A stretch of DNA of 64,000 bases from Octopus sinensis (lineage: Eukaryota), in assembly GCF_006345805.1 (NCBI RefSeq), contig NC_042997.1, positions 169,012,001 through 169,076,000 on the forward strand, given 5' to 3'. Shown one piece after another: positions 38,289-51,460 of the stretch (positions within the stretch are counted from its first letter, which is position 1; every line of letters begins with the position of its first letter). The notes beneath the pieces were generated by a model. It did not search any database and was not told the DNA's origin. It saw only the letters and a list, made by a program, of their open reading frames with translations. A program made the position numbers and the translations under genes.

Positions 38289-38935
38289 ATATATTGGATT
38301 GAAGAATAATTCATAAGCGTTTTTTTTTTTTCAAATTTAAAAATGTACCCAGAAATAAAACACATTGGCATGGTGTGTTTTGATTTTTTTATTTTATTGA
38401 TTTTTGTGTATTTTCAAATCATTAAAATGGAATGCCAAGTGGACAAAACTGGCCGTTTTCGATACCATTTGCTCTTTGCATTTATACGAGGCGTTAAGGC
38501 CGCTGGAGCTGCTCCTGGGATTTGTGCTCTGTATGAGAAGAGCAATGTCTCAAAGTACCGCCCGTCGGTTGGTTTTCGCACTTCAAAAATGGGAATTTGA
38601 CCTCAATGACGATCACACACCGGTCCACTGAATTCGATGAAGAGCGATCGAATCACTTTTTTCACGAAATCCACGTAAACGACCAGAGAATTAGCGAAGC
38701 AGATGGATTGTGATAAAAAAAAAAACTGTGGTGAACTACCTCCACTAAATGGGCAGGGTTCAGAAACTCAGCGCTAGGGTGTCACACACCTTGAGCGAAA
38801 ACAACAAAAGTCAACGCTCTACAATCGCCGCCAGTTTGCTCGCTCGACATCGCTCAACGCATGGTCACAAACAGCGTTTTCTTTACCGCGTTGTCACTAG
38901 CGATGAAAAATGGTGCCTTTACGCCAAAAATAAAA
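38289..38935 (+). mobile_element. Mariner 5' half (TIR + degenerate N-terminal transposase)
   Basis: MECQVDKTGRFRYHLLFAF..., VSHTLSENNKSQRSTIAASLLAR...VVTSDEKWCLY; breaks off after the first catalytic Asp. Confidence 0.9.
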
Positions 38936-39444
38936 CAGGTTAACAGAGAAAGAAGTTCAAGGGTGCTCGAAACAAAAATTACTAACCATAAAATGAATGA
39001 GCCACAGTAAAAATCTGAGATGAACATGAAAAAAACAAAATGGCCCATGCTTCTTTCCAATGAACATAAACAAATATTCTGCACCACAACAGTAAAAAGA
39101 AATAAGAAAAAAGAGTGCAGTTGAAAGAAAAAGCAGTTAGTGCATATTTCAAGCGAAAAATAGCAAATCATGAGGTGAACTACTGACAAGTTTATAGCAT
39201 TTCAGTTCAACGATTATTTCTATTCAGGCCAAGAACGAAGATCCCGTTTAAGTACCCTGACTAACAACATTTACTAACAAAATATAACTAGATTTTGTTT
39301 TATGATTTTGGTTTGTAGATTCTTTATATGAGTTCGTTGTGTTGAAACATATTCTGTTGTGTCTGGGGAGAGTCATTTTCTTTTTGTGCTTATAATGTAC
39401 ACACGCACCGGTAAAATTTCCACTTGGTTTAATTTTTTTTTCCT

Positions 39445-39544
39445 NNNNNNNNNNNNNNNNNNNNNNNNNNNNNNNNNNNNNNNNNNNNNNNNNNNNNNNN
39501 NNNNNNNNNNNNNNNNNNNNNNNNNNNNNNNNNNNNNNNNNNNN
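39445..39544. other. Assembly gap (100 N)
   Basis: Run of N. Confidence 1.
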
Positions 39545-39629
39545 AATTCTTGAATCAAAATTAGTGTATGACTTGGCATTGACATGGATAATAATGCATC
39601 TTTCTTGGTACATATTACCAAGCTGGCAA

Positions 39630-40278
39630 TAAAATACAAATGGTTGGCTGGATGAATCCTTAGAATTTTCTGAACAAGAGAATAGGAAACCATGATAGTC
39701 ATCTAGGGGACATTTATCCCCAGCTGTTTAGACTACTACTCCCAACTATGGTCACTACACAATGTAAAATTTATTGCAGAGCTTGAAGCAACTCAGCAAA
39801 GCAACACAAAAATGATCATCACAATGCTACATGTCAGCTACTGGCAGAGGCTGGAAAAGTTACGACTAAACTCCCTGGAATGAAGATGGAAAAATTATGC
39901 AGTGATATACAACTGGAAAACCTAGAATGGGGTGTTACTGCGTAGTGCCAAAGATCCTGACATCAAGATACAGGACCAGATACACCAACAGCTTGGGTTT
40001 CAAAGGCTTACAGCTTTTCAACCTCCTTCAAAAGAAAACTTGAGAGAACTACATAGGATAGATGTTGGTGTCTTCAAAACAAAAGTGAATCTCCTGCCAA
40101 AAGTTCCATATGTACTTTGGTGGCAGGAATCACAAATGAGAGCAACAAGATCAAAAACCCTAATTCATCAAACACCACATATCAGAGGAGGTTTTCAAGT
40201 AATAGAAGCATAGAAAAACTCACAGTAATGCCCTAGCATGGCCACAGCTCTCAAACTGGAACTAGTAAAAGAGTAAAT
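39630..40278 (+). mobile_element. CR1-clade LINE 3' end, degenerate
   Basis: Broken-frame motifs LDYYSQLWS, ELEATQ, YWQRLEKLRL, QLFNLL, LRELHRIDVGVFKTK; 3' tail agcatggccacag...agtaaaagagtaaa. Confidence 0.8.
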
Positions 40279-40679
40279 GATTACATATTTTTATACATAT
40301 ACACACACACATGCGCATGTTCACGCATATGTATAGATAGACAGACAGACTGACAGATATACAGATATACATATAAGCAGATATATATTTATTCTTACAT
40401 GCTTGCTCATACATACATATGTACATGCCTATGTATACATGTGTATGTGCACCTATGCAATCAGCTGGGAAAGATTTAGATCATAGCAGTTATATCACTT
40501 ATGAAAAACTCATTGAAGATTTCTATTTAAGCTGTCAGTAGAGAGAATAATTTCATAAACTTACTTTTATTTTTTGTTTCATAAGATTAATATTCTTTTT
40601 CTTTATGAATATTTGAATAAATAATAACTGATGATGATGTTGGTGTGATGAGCAATAAATATAACCATTTAGTGTTAAC

Positions 40680-40975
40680 TGGTTGTGGTGAAGGTGGTGA
40701 AGGTGGTGGAGATGATGGTGGCAGCAGTGGCAATGGTGGCAGTGGCAAAGATGGCAGCAGAGGAAGCAGTGGTAGAAGTGGTAGTGGTGGCAGTGGCAGG
40801 TGCAATGGTAGATGTGGTAGTGGTGGCAGTGGCAGGTGCAATGGCAGCAGTGGTAGATGTGGTAGTGGTGGCAGTGGCAGGTGCAATGGCAGCAGTGGTA
40901 ATGGCAACAGTGGTGGCTGTGGTGACAGAAGTGGCAGCAGCAGTACTGGCAATGGCAATGATGATGGTTTAGCTG
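40680..40975. repeat. GGT/GGC/AGT low-complexity tract with a 36-bp unit repeated three times
   Basis: ggtaga(a/t)gtggtagtggtggcagtggcaggtgcaat x3. Confidence 0.85.
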
Positions 40976-42570
40976 CAAAACACCCCTGAATGAACAGACA
41001 TTCTAATCTAGCCTTGCCCAATTCCATTCTTTCTCAGATACAGATTTATCTAATTTTTACAATGTGTTCCGCTTTTATCTGCTTTAAATGTCAGAAATGA
41101 CATTTAAGGATGTTCTGGTGGCTATTTCTAACAGGTATGGTAAGATGAATGGCAATATAGATGACTTGTGGTGGTGAGTAAATGATGATGATGATGGCAG
41201 TGGTAATAACGACAATTGATGATAATGCTGATAGCAATGACACGAGGATGACGATAATGATATTGCTGATGACAATATCTGTGATGATGATCATGATAAT
41301 AACGACAATGAACATGATAAATACTTCTTTCAAAACTAAATAAATGAAAAGATGAAGCAAGAAGGTAACAAAGGAAGCATATGATAAGACAGACTACTTT
41401 AAATATTAGTAATGTTCACAAGATATTTCCTCTGCTGAAAGATTCCTTTCTGCTAAGAAGTATTGTTATTACCCTGAAATAAACAAGTAGTTTTATAATG
41501 AGAGAGAGAGAATGAGAGAAAGATAGAGAGATAGAAACAGAGACAAAGATATATATATATAGAGAGAGAGACTGAGAGAGAGAGTACAACAGGGTAACAT
41601 TAAAGCATAGTTTCTTGCCCATTTTTCAGGATATTTAACCTGTTAGGATATAGAAAAGCTGTACACAACTGTCTACATTTGCCATATCTAGACAATATTC
41701 TCAACTGAAGTACTACTGTCAGGCTGAATTCATTCAATTTCAACAGGCAGGATCTCTTAAGAAATGGCTTCTTTACATAATTGCCATCATGATCTTCTAG
41801 ATTGTGATGGAGTGGGTGGAGATGAGCAGATAGGAATAGGATGTGTTGTCAGTGGTAGTATTGCTGCTGCTGCTGCTGCCACTGCTGCTACTGTTGTCCT
41901 AAGTTCTGCTAAAGTGATGATGATGGTGATGGTGGTGGTGATGGTGGTGGGGATGAAGGTGATGGTAGGGGTGAAGGGGATTATGATTGTAGCTGTCGTG
42001 GAGATGATAGTGGTAACAATGGTGTTAGTAAAAATGATGATGATGAAGAGTATTTAGAAGTGGTCCTAAATAATAAGTAACAAGAAAACAGTTTAGAAAC
42101 TAGATTACTTCATACAAATCACTTAGCAAGAGTAAAAGGCAGGAGGAAGAGAGAGAGAGACACGGATGGAATTAAAATATGATAGAGAAAAAAGAGAGTG
42201 GTAAATGAAGAGAGGAAGTGAAATAAGAGAATAGAGAAAAAGAAAGAAAGAAAAGACTTGAAGAGAAGAAGCTATCGAAAACTAGAGAGAGAGGGGGGGA
42301 AGAGAGAGAAAGAGAGAGAACCAGTTCTCTTAAAAACAGTAAAATATCAAAGAAGAATGTTAAATGTTGTCTATTGACATAAACTGGAGAAGACTTGAAG
42401 ACTTGAAGTAGAAATATTATTCAATGTTAGTCAGAATAAGAAACCAACAAACATGTCAAAGTGTGCTGGTCATTTCTATTTATTATTTCTTCCCTCCATT
42501 TCTTCAAGTAGCATTAGAATCTATTTGTTTTACTACTTGCTCAGGACCACAATTCCTGTAGTTTACAGCA

Positions 42571-42662
42571 TTAAATACACCAGAAATCGTTTACATCTTC
42601 AGTAGCAGGAGGGCAGTGCATTAGCAGGGGGTGGATAGAAATATCAGCAGGGATAGATTTAC
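42571..42662 (-). CDS. Putative terminal coding exon of an unidentified gene
   Basis: Acceptor tctctctctcag; reads xKSIPADISIHPLLMHCPPATEDVNDFWCI*; non-repetitive; no family recognised. Confidence 0.3.
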
Positions 42663-43475
42663 CTGAGAGAGAGACTTAATGCTATGAATATCTTTCTAAA
42701 TTATAATTTGAAATCCTACTGGGATAAAATTTCATCCTTCATACCTATCCTGCAGAGATGATAAAATTGATACTTATAATATTCTGTGGGTTATTTTAGT
42801 AAAGTAAATCCCTCCTTTAAAAATATAGCCTTGGTACCTAAAGTAGAAAATGGTATTTAGTTTCAATTCTACACATTTTGAATTCAAAAGTTGTCTGACT
42901 GAATTTTGTTTGTCAGCCCTTGTTATTAGAATTGTTGTTTAACCCCAGCTCAGCCCTGATAGAGCAGAGCAACAATCAAAGGAATTCCAACTTTGACAAT
43001 CCCATCTTTCATTTAGACAGGGTTATTTCTGACTATATTATCTAATATGCCCTTCTTTTTCTAAGCTTATAGAATATAATTTGAGAGAGAATTGGGTGCT
43101 ATTTCTAGAAGTTTCATTGGCTACATAGAGGTTCCTTTATTGGTTAGTATAAAATGCTAATGAGAAATAATTCTTTTCACAGAGTAGCTTCAACTAGGCA
43201 TAAGGTAAGTATTTACTAATTTTAACTGTTCTTGAGAGACAGAAAGGTGAAATTAACTAAGTGGAAGTTTTACTCAGAAACAAAAGGGCTAATGCTTTCA
43301 GTCCAACATATTTTGACTATATCTATCACTTTCAATGCAGGTAATATATTCAAAAGATCAAACACCTCTTTCATGCATCAAGGTCAACTGAGGGTTGTAG
43401 AGTTAAATGCCCTTCTCTTAGCAATATATTTACAGTGGACTAAAACTCAAGACCTCAGAAATTAAGTTACTTACA

Positions 43476-44433
43476 TGTATGATGCATATGTATGAACAGC
43501 CATGCTACATGGCAGTGAAACATGGGCCATGACTGCTCAGGACATGTGTAAGCTTGCAAGGAATGATGCCAGTATGTTCCGCTGGATGTGTAATGTCAGT
43601 GTGAGTACACGACAGAGTGTAAGCTCCCTGAGAGAAAAGTTAGATTTAGGAAGCATCAGATGTGGTGTGCAAGAGAGATGACTGCACTGGTATGGTCATG
43701 TGTTGTGAATAGATGAGGACAGCTGTGTGAAAAAGTGCAACACCCTAGCAGTTGAGGGAACCTGTGGAAAAGGTCAACCCAGGAAGACCTGGGCTGAGGT
43801 GGTGAATCACGACCTTTGAGCATTGGGTCTCACCGAGGCAATGACTAGTGACCAAGACCTTTGGAGATGTGCTTTGCTTGAAAAGACCTGGCAAGCCAAG
43901 TGAGACCATAACCATGGCCTATGCCAGTGCAGGATAACAGCCCATTTGAGGGCACCCATCAATCATTGGGCAATACACTTCACTTGTTGAGGCAAGTGAA
44001 GTTGCTGTCTTGGCCAATGACAGTACCACCTGATTGGCACCCATGTCAGTGACATGTAAAAAGCACACCATTCAAGTGTAGTCAATGCCAGTGCTGCCTA
44101 ACTGGCTCCTGTGCCAGTGGCACATAAAAAGCACATTCGAGCATGATTGTTGCCAGTGTCACCTTTGACTCCCATGTCTGTGGTATGTGAAAAGCACCAT
44201 TTGAGCATGGTTGACGCCAGTACCACTTGACTGGGCCTCGTGCTGGTGGCACGTAAAATGCACCTACTATACTCTCAGAGCTGTTGGCATTAGGAAGGGT
44301 ATCCAGCTGTAGAAACTCTGCCAGATCAGATTGGAGCCTGGTGCAGCCTTCTGGCTCACTAGCCCACAGTCAAACCGTCCAATCCCTGCCAACATTGAAA
44401 GCAAACATCAAATGACGACAATGAGGATGATGA
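43476..44433 (+). mobile_element. RTE-clade LINE 3' end, old CpG-depleted copy
   Basis: Homologous to the reverse complement of 44438-45430 (AMLHGSETW, WYGHV regions); stops. Confidence 0.9.
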
Positions 44434-44437
44434 TATA

Positions 44438-46255
44438 TCATCATCATCATCATCATCGTTTAACGTCCGCTTTCCATGCTAGCATGGGTTGGACGGTTCA
44501 ACTGGGGTCTGGCAAGCCCGAAGGCTGCACCAGGCCAGTCAGATCTGGCAGTGTTTCTACAGCTGGATGCCCTTCCTAACGCCAACCACTCCGAGAGTGT
44601 AGTGGGTGATTTTATGTGCCACCGACACAGGTGCCAGACGAGGCTGGCAGACGGCCACGCTCGGATGGTGTTTTTTATGTGCCACCGACACAGGTGCCAG
44701 ACGGGGCTGGCGGACGCCACGCTCGGATGGTGTTTGTTACGTGCCCTCAGCACGGAGGCCAGTCATTGCGGTACTGGCTACGATCACGTTCGGATGGTTT
44801 TCTTATGTGCCACCGGCACTGGTACCACAAGGATACAAATTCCATTGATGTTCATCTATTTTGATTTGGTTCGATTTGATTTGATTCGATTCGATTCTCA
44901 CTTGCCTCAACAGGTCTTCACAAGTGTCACAAGAAGGAAGGTATGCACAGGTGGACTGACTACGTCCCAGGTAGGGGCCACGGATTATGGCTTCACTAGT
45001 CTTGCCGGGTCTTCTCACGCACAGCATACTTCCATAGGTCTCGGTCTCTAGTCATTTCCATGGTGAGACCTAACGTCCGAAGGTCGTGCTTCACCACTTC
45101 GTCCCAGGTTTTCCTGGGTCTACCTCTTCCACGGGTTCCCTCAACTGCTAGGGATTGGCACTTTCTCACACACCTATCTTCATCCATTCTCGCCACATGA
45201 CCATACCAGCGCAATCATCTCTCTTGCACACAACAACTGATGCTTCTTAGGTACAACATTTCTCTCAAGGTACTAACGCTCTGTCGAGTAAGTACACTGA
45301 CATTACACATCCATCGGAGCATACTGGCTTCGTTCCTCACGAGCTTACGCATGTCCTCAGCAGTCACGGCCCATGTTTCACTGCCATGTAGCATAGCTGT
45401 TCGTACACATGCATCATACAGTCTGCCTTTTACTCTGAGCGAGAGGCCTTTAGTCACCAGCAGAGGTAAGAGCTCCCTAAACTTTGCCCAGGCTATTCTT
45501 ATTCTAGCAGTTACACTTTCAGCGCACCCGCCCCCACTACTGACCTGGTCACCTAGATAGCGGAAGCTATCAACTACTTCTAGTTTTTCCCCCCGGAAAG
45601 TGACGGAAGTTGTTTTCTGCAGATTTTCGGAGGTCAATGCTCCAGAGCATCTGCCACATACAAAAACTATCTTCCCAGTTAGCCTACCTTTGACATTGCT
45701 GCACCTCTTATGTGTCCATAGCTTACACTGGGTACATCTTATAGAGTTTCTACCTACACCTTTTCTACAGATCGAGCAGGGCCATCTTCCTGAGGATATT
45801 TGTGGATTTTCTAACTTTCTACTTATTAGTACTTTGGTTTTAGCTAGGTTGACTCTAAGGCCCCTCGATTCTAAACCCTCCTTCCACACCTGGAACTTCT
45901 CCTCCAGTTCTGATAGTGACTCAGCGATTAGAGCGAGGTCGTCAGCATAGAGGAGCTCCCAGGGGCAACCTGTCTTGAATTCCTCCACAATTGCCTGGAG
46001 GACTATGATAAATAGGAGGGGGCTGAGTACTGAACCCTGGTGGACCCCAACCTATACCTTGAATTCTTCTGTGTACATGCTGCCAACTCTAACCTTACTT
46101 ACGGCATCTCTGTACATGGCTTGCACAGCCCTCACCAGCCATTCATCTATCCCTAGTTTCCTCATTGACCACCAGATGAGGGATCGGGGGACCCTATCAA
46201 AGGCTTTCTCCATGTCAACGAAAGCCAGGTACAGGGGCTTATCTTTGGCTAGGTA
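44438..46255 (-). mobile_element. RTE-clade LINE, 5'-truncated younger copy (RT C-terminal half, 3'UTR with ~60-bp tandem repeats, (ATG)n tail)
   Basis: LYLAFVDMEKAFDRVPR, YADD, FRYLG, AMLHGSETW, RWYGHVARM, GRPRKTW; in-frame TGA at 45215. Confidence 0.96.
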
Positions 46256-46281
46256 AATATATATATATATATATATATCAT

Positions 46282-46500
46282 CTTGTATTTTACTTGTTTC
46301 AGTCATTAGACTGTGGCCTTGCTTGGTACTCCACCTTGAATTTTTAGTCAAACAAATCAATCCCAATACTTGTTTTTTCATAACACTTGGTGCTTATTTC
46401 TATTGGTCTTTTTTCAAACCTCTCAGTTATGGGGGTGAAAACATATCAACACTGAGCATCAAGTGGTAGAGGGATACAAACAGAGACACAAATACACACA
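46282..46500 (-). mobile_element. SINE family B, 3' half, diverged
   Basis: ttgtattttacttgtttcagtcattagactgtggcc tail. Confidence 0.7.
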
Positions 46501-47090
46501 CACTCACACACACATACAAAGCCACACACACACACATATAAATATAAATACATGTACACACTTATTATGTAAGACTGTGTACGCTTGTGTATTTATGTGC
46601 TTGTGTGTGAATGTGTTTGCATATGTTAAAGAATATTTACTTATCATTTGAAATATTCATGCCAATGAGGTATGCATTATGATTCTGAAATGAAAATGTT
46701 GAATTACTGATTGCATATTTCATAATTTGAAATCTGTTACAACAACTAGATCAGACTCCAGAATAAAGATCATAACAGTGTATACCTCAGTCAGCCCATA
46801 TCAAACAACAGCTTTTGTATTTGCACAACAGGAAAAGAAAATCATTTTACAAAAATCATCTCACCAAATTGAGAAATTGATGTATGGTTGCAAAATTTGA
46901 AAAGAATGTGTTCAGTTCTCAGCAAAATTTTCATAGGTGCAGGCATGATGTTGTGGTTGAGTAGTTTGATATAGAACCAAATCCACCAAAGTCTTGTAAG
47001 TGGATTAGTTTGATTGAAACTAAAAAGAAGCCCATCATGTATTTGTTTGCATGCTGGGGAAAAAGATACCTAATATCATATTCATCTAAG

Positions 47091-47417
47091 CAATGGTTCT
47101 CAACCTTGTTTTTATCTATGGACCCCTTTGATTACTATTTTAATCTGGTGGACTCCCATAACCAGTCAGTGTTTAAAAACTAGTTTTAAAGATTCACCTT
47201 TCTAAATTCCTATTTTGTTTTTCACACATTCACTTGTGTAGGTTGCACTATTTAAAATGTCAGAGAAGGAAACCTACCTGTGTCTTGTAATAAACAAATT
47301 TTTTCATGGACCTATAAAATATTACACTGAACCCAATCTACCGTTTTGCTTGTATGGATAAACAAAAATCCTATCTGAACCCAAAGAGGTCATATGGACT
47401 CTAGCTGAGAGTCACTG
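47091..47417. mobile_element. hAT (Charlie-like) MITE
   Basis: Termini caatggttctcaacc / agctgagagtcactg; flanks atctaag / atctaaag resemble an 8-bp TSD. Confidence 0.6.
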
Positions 47418-48825
47418 ATCTAAAGCATACCAACATGAAAAAGAAGCTGAATCTAAAATTAACAAATACATACTAACTTCTACATCTTAGAAGTGGGATC
47501 TAATTACTTTATCCCTAATCAGGTTGCTAATTATTAAACTCCTTGGTCTGTTTCACATATTTGCTGCAATGAATCATTACATTTTTCAAGAGCAGTTCCC
47601 TGTGACTTCTACACACTTATTGCTCAAGTTTCACAGTGATACAAAACTGTAATTGCACACTATTTTTAGCACAAAGTCAAGAGTAAGTAGGATGTATGCT
47701 AACTGCTAAATTGTTAGGGACCTAAACTTTGGTTGTGTAATTCAAATTCTTTTTAAGCTGAATAAAACTTTCATATAAGTTGGTAATAAAAATATCAAGA
47801 GCACAGATAACTGACTTAATCCACAAGGTATTGGACAACCAAATAATGGCCCATCAATTTTAACTCAGCTTCTTTGCTCTCAATAACTGAGTTTACATGG
47901 CAATAAATTGATGCTGTGCAGTACCAACTTACTTGTATACTTCACCATTGTAAGCAATGGTAACAACCCAATAGAACTAATGGATATTTCATTGGCTAAC
48001 ATTCAAAATTTAATTCTCCCATAAGAAGAAAATTATAAATTTTCGGTAAAAAAAAGTCTTGGGAATCAAACTCAATATGGTTGTTTAAACTAGTTATTTG
48101 GCAGTTATGGCTCTTAGAGTAAGTCATGTCTGAATTGTTTACAATAAACAACTTGCCAATCTGATAGACACACACACACAGACGCACATTTAAAAATCAA
48201 GTAGTGAACAAGAAGTCTCCCTCAAATAAAGTACTCAGCATGGGATAAGACATCAAGAATAACAGTATGTATTGCATTAAATTGAAATAGTTTGTTACGG
48301 ATAGCCATATATTTTGCTCTAAACAAGCTTGTCAGATATTTAGAGTGAAACATAAAACCATCTATAATGAATTATTTCCATTTAATTATTTTCATATAGA
48401 TATGCTGATATTTAAACATACATGACTGCATACATACTATGTGTGCATATGCATGCACATGCACATGTGTATTTCTAAATAAACAAGAATAAACTCATCT
48501 TGTATTAAACAAATTCAAAATGCATGTGTGAGGAGCATATAAATAAATGAATATTTATATACATGCATTTCTAAATGAGACAGCCTGCTGATTAGTGCAT
48601 AAAACTACCTGCCTCATAAAAATAAGTTATTGAGTGTTAGTCAACACCTCAGTTAACTCAGGGTAATGATGTCATCAACAATAAAGAGTGATAATATTTA
48701 AGTGAAGATATATCTTACATTTGCTTCAAGTGATAAAAATCAGAATAAGCACAATCACTCAAAAATCTTTGCAGAGCAAAGGAAGCAATGAAGACATATA
48801 AATAATAAATAATAAATAAATAATC

Positions 48826-49220
48826 TTTTACTATTTTAAGTCACTTGGCTATAGCCATGCTGGGGAACTGCCTTCATGATACTTAGTCAAACAAATCAAC
48901 CCTGATACTTTTAAGCCTGGTACTTACTCTATGGATCATCTTTTGCCAAACCTCTAGGGGTTCCTAAGAATGTAAACAAACCAACACCAGTTGTTAAGTA
49001 GTGCTAGGGTACAAACACAAAATCAAAGACACACACACACACACACACATTGATACTGACATAACAGGCTTCTTTCAGTTTGCATCTACCAACTCCACTC
49101 ACAAGGTTTTGGTTGGCCTAGGATTACAATAGAAAGCATTTGCATATGTTGTGCCTTGCTGTGGGATTGAATCCAGAACCATGTTGTTTGGAAGCAAACT
49201 TCATACCACACAGCCACATC
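48826..49220 (-). mobile_element. SINE family B, CpG-depleted
   Basis: Homologous to 11940-12386 with CG sites lost. Confidence 0.8.
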
Positions 49221-49620
49221 TGTGTGTCTGTGTGTGTATTTTGTCATGTTTAAGAAGAGTCATAGTGCCTTAATATAACATACTCACTGGTTCAATTTCC
49301 ACTCATTTTATTTATTTATTCCAGAAGTATTTTTTTGTCACTGCATTTGCAATCATATCAATGGATTTTGACTCTGACTATTCATTATTGAAGCTGCATT
49401 CCTTTTTATTTGGTTTCTGTTTTTTATTGTGAAATTTTGTTTTGTGTGGGTGCATGTGCATGTTCATGCCAGCATGCATGTGTGCTTGTGTATGTATATA
49501 TATATATATATAAATATGTGTGTGTGTGTGTTTGCATATATGTATGTATGTGTGTATGTATTTATGTATGTATGCATGTATGTCCCTATATGTGTCTTTA
49601 TGTGTATGCATGTGTGTGGA

Positions 49621-49656
<36 letters not shown>

Positions 49657-49689
49657 GGTCATGAGTTTCTATTTCTTTTTCTTTCGTGT

Positions 49690-50089
49690 GTGTGTGTGTT
49701 TTCTCCATGCTGGCATGGGCTGGACAGTTTGAGAGGAGTTGGCCAGCTGAAGAGCTGCCTGGGCTTGGTGCCTGTTTTGGCATGGTTTCTATGGATGGAT
49801 GACAATTCTAACACCAACCACTTTGCTGAGTATACTGGTGCTCTTACTTAGCACTAGCATAGGTGCTTTCTACATGACACAAGCACATGAACCTACAAGA
49901 TTAGGATCCCTCAACTGAAGTGGGATGTAGAGGACATGCCTCTATGCAAGGGCAGCCACAATTTTACATTGCTTAACATGTCTTCTCAAAGCACAGTAAA
50001 GTATCAAAAGTCTTGGTACCCTCTATGAGACCCAACATCTGAACATCCTTTCTCAACACTTCATCCCATCTCTTCCTGGGTTTACCCCT

Positions 50090-50092
<3 letters not shown>
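49690..50092 (-). mobile_element. RTE LINE 3' end fragment, degenerate
   Basis: RGKPRKRWDEVLRKDVQMLGL homologous to GRPRKTWDEVVKHDLRTLGL. Confidence 0.75.
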
Positions 50093-50136
<44 letters not shown>

Positions 50137-50165
50137 TCATCATCACCATCATCATTTAATGTATG

Positions 50166-50197
<32 letters not shown>

Positions 50198-50789
50198 TTG
50201 TGTATAGTGTACTGTCTCATGATGGTAAGATCAACAAAATAAGTGTTCCATCTGGTGAGAGATAAATATTATATAATAAACACAATATATGTTTTTATGT
50301 GCTACTATTAGTTTCATGCGATAAAAACATGCTAAACAGTATTTTTAATATGTCTGGTGCCTCAGCACAATCTTCAGTCACTTCCCACATGACATAACAA
50401 GCTAAAATAAGACAATAGGATGAGAGGTTTTTCAATCTTCCATCTTTTATATTTACCTCTTTTTCTCTCATCCTATCTCCTATTTTAGTTTGCTATCCAT
50501 AATCTCATAATCTGTGATATTAAACAGGTCAAAGACTAGTTTCCCATAAAATGACATACTGGTTTATTTATCTGGTGAGAATTGAACACAGCCCTGCAAA
50601 CCAAATCTTTCATCAATACCATAGCAAAATTATGTTTTGGTAGTGAGTCACACCAGCTATAATACATTCTTACAACTGCTCTTAGTCTTAGCTGATGAGA
50701 ACTAATTGTCTTGGATGAAACCTATATTACCCACTGTATAAACGAATGAATGCTTGGTTGATTGCTTGGCATGTTGCAGACTTGAACCA

Positions 50790-50920
50790 TTAGTTCATAA
50801 ATACATAATAATTACATACATACATACATACATACATGCATGTGTTCATGCTCACCTTTGTAATTAAATATGAATATTCATATATTTGTATACATGTGTG
50901 TTTGTATGAATGTGCATGAA

Positions 50921-51012
<92 letters not shown>

Positions 51013-51460
51013 ACATACACATACACTCACACACATGTATACAAATACATGCATATTCACATTTCATTACAAGGTACAAATGATCATTCAACTACACATA
51101 TAATCATGCACACAGACATGCACTCATACACTGCCACACATATTCCCACACACACACTGCCACACACATTCCTACACACACACTACCATACACACACTGC
51201 ATACACCCAGGTCTAAATATATCCACATTTAAATACATAGATGTGCCTAAACAGAAATATATGAGCACACTGCAATGTGTATGTATGTGTGTGTATGTAT
51301 ATAAACACATATACACACACACACACATTCAAACACATACACATGTATGTATGTATGTATGTATGTATGTATGTACGTCTATGTGAATTATATACTACAC
51401 CACTGTACACATTTATAGACACATACACGAATACACTCAAGCACACACACAGAGTTTTGC
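50790..51460. repeat. (TA)n/(CA)n/(TATG)n microsatellite field
   Basis: Directly visible. Confidence 0.92.
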
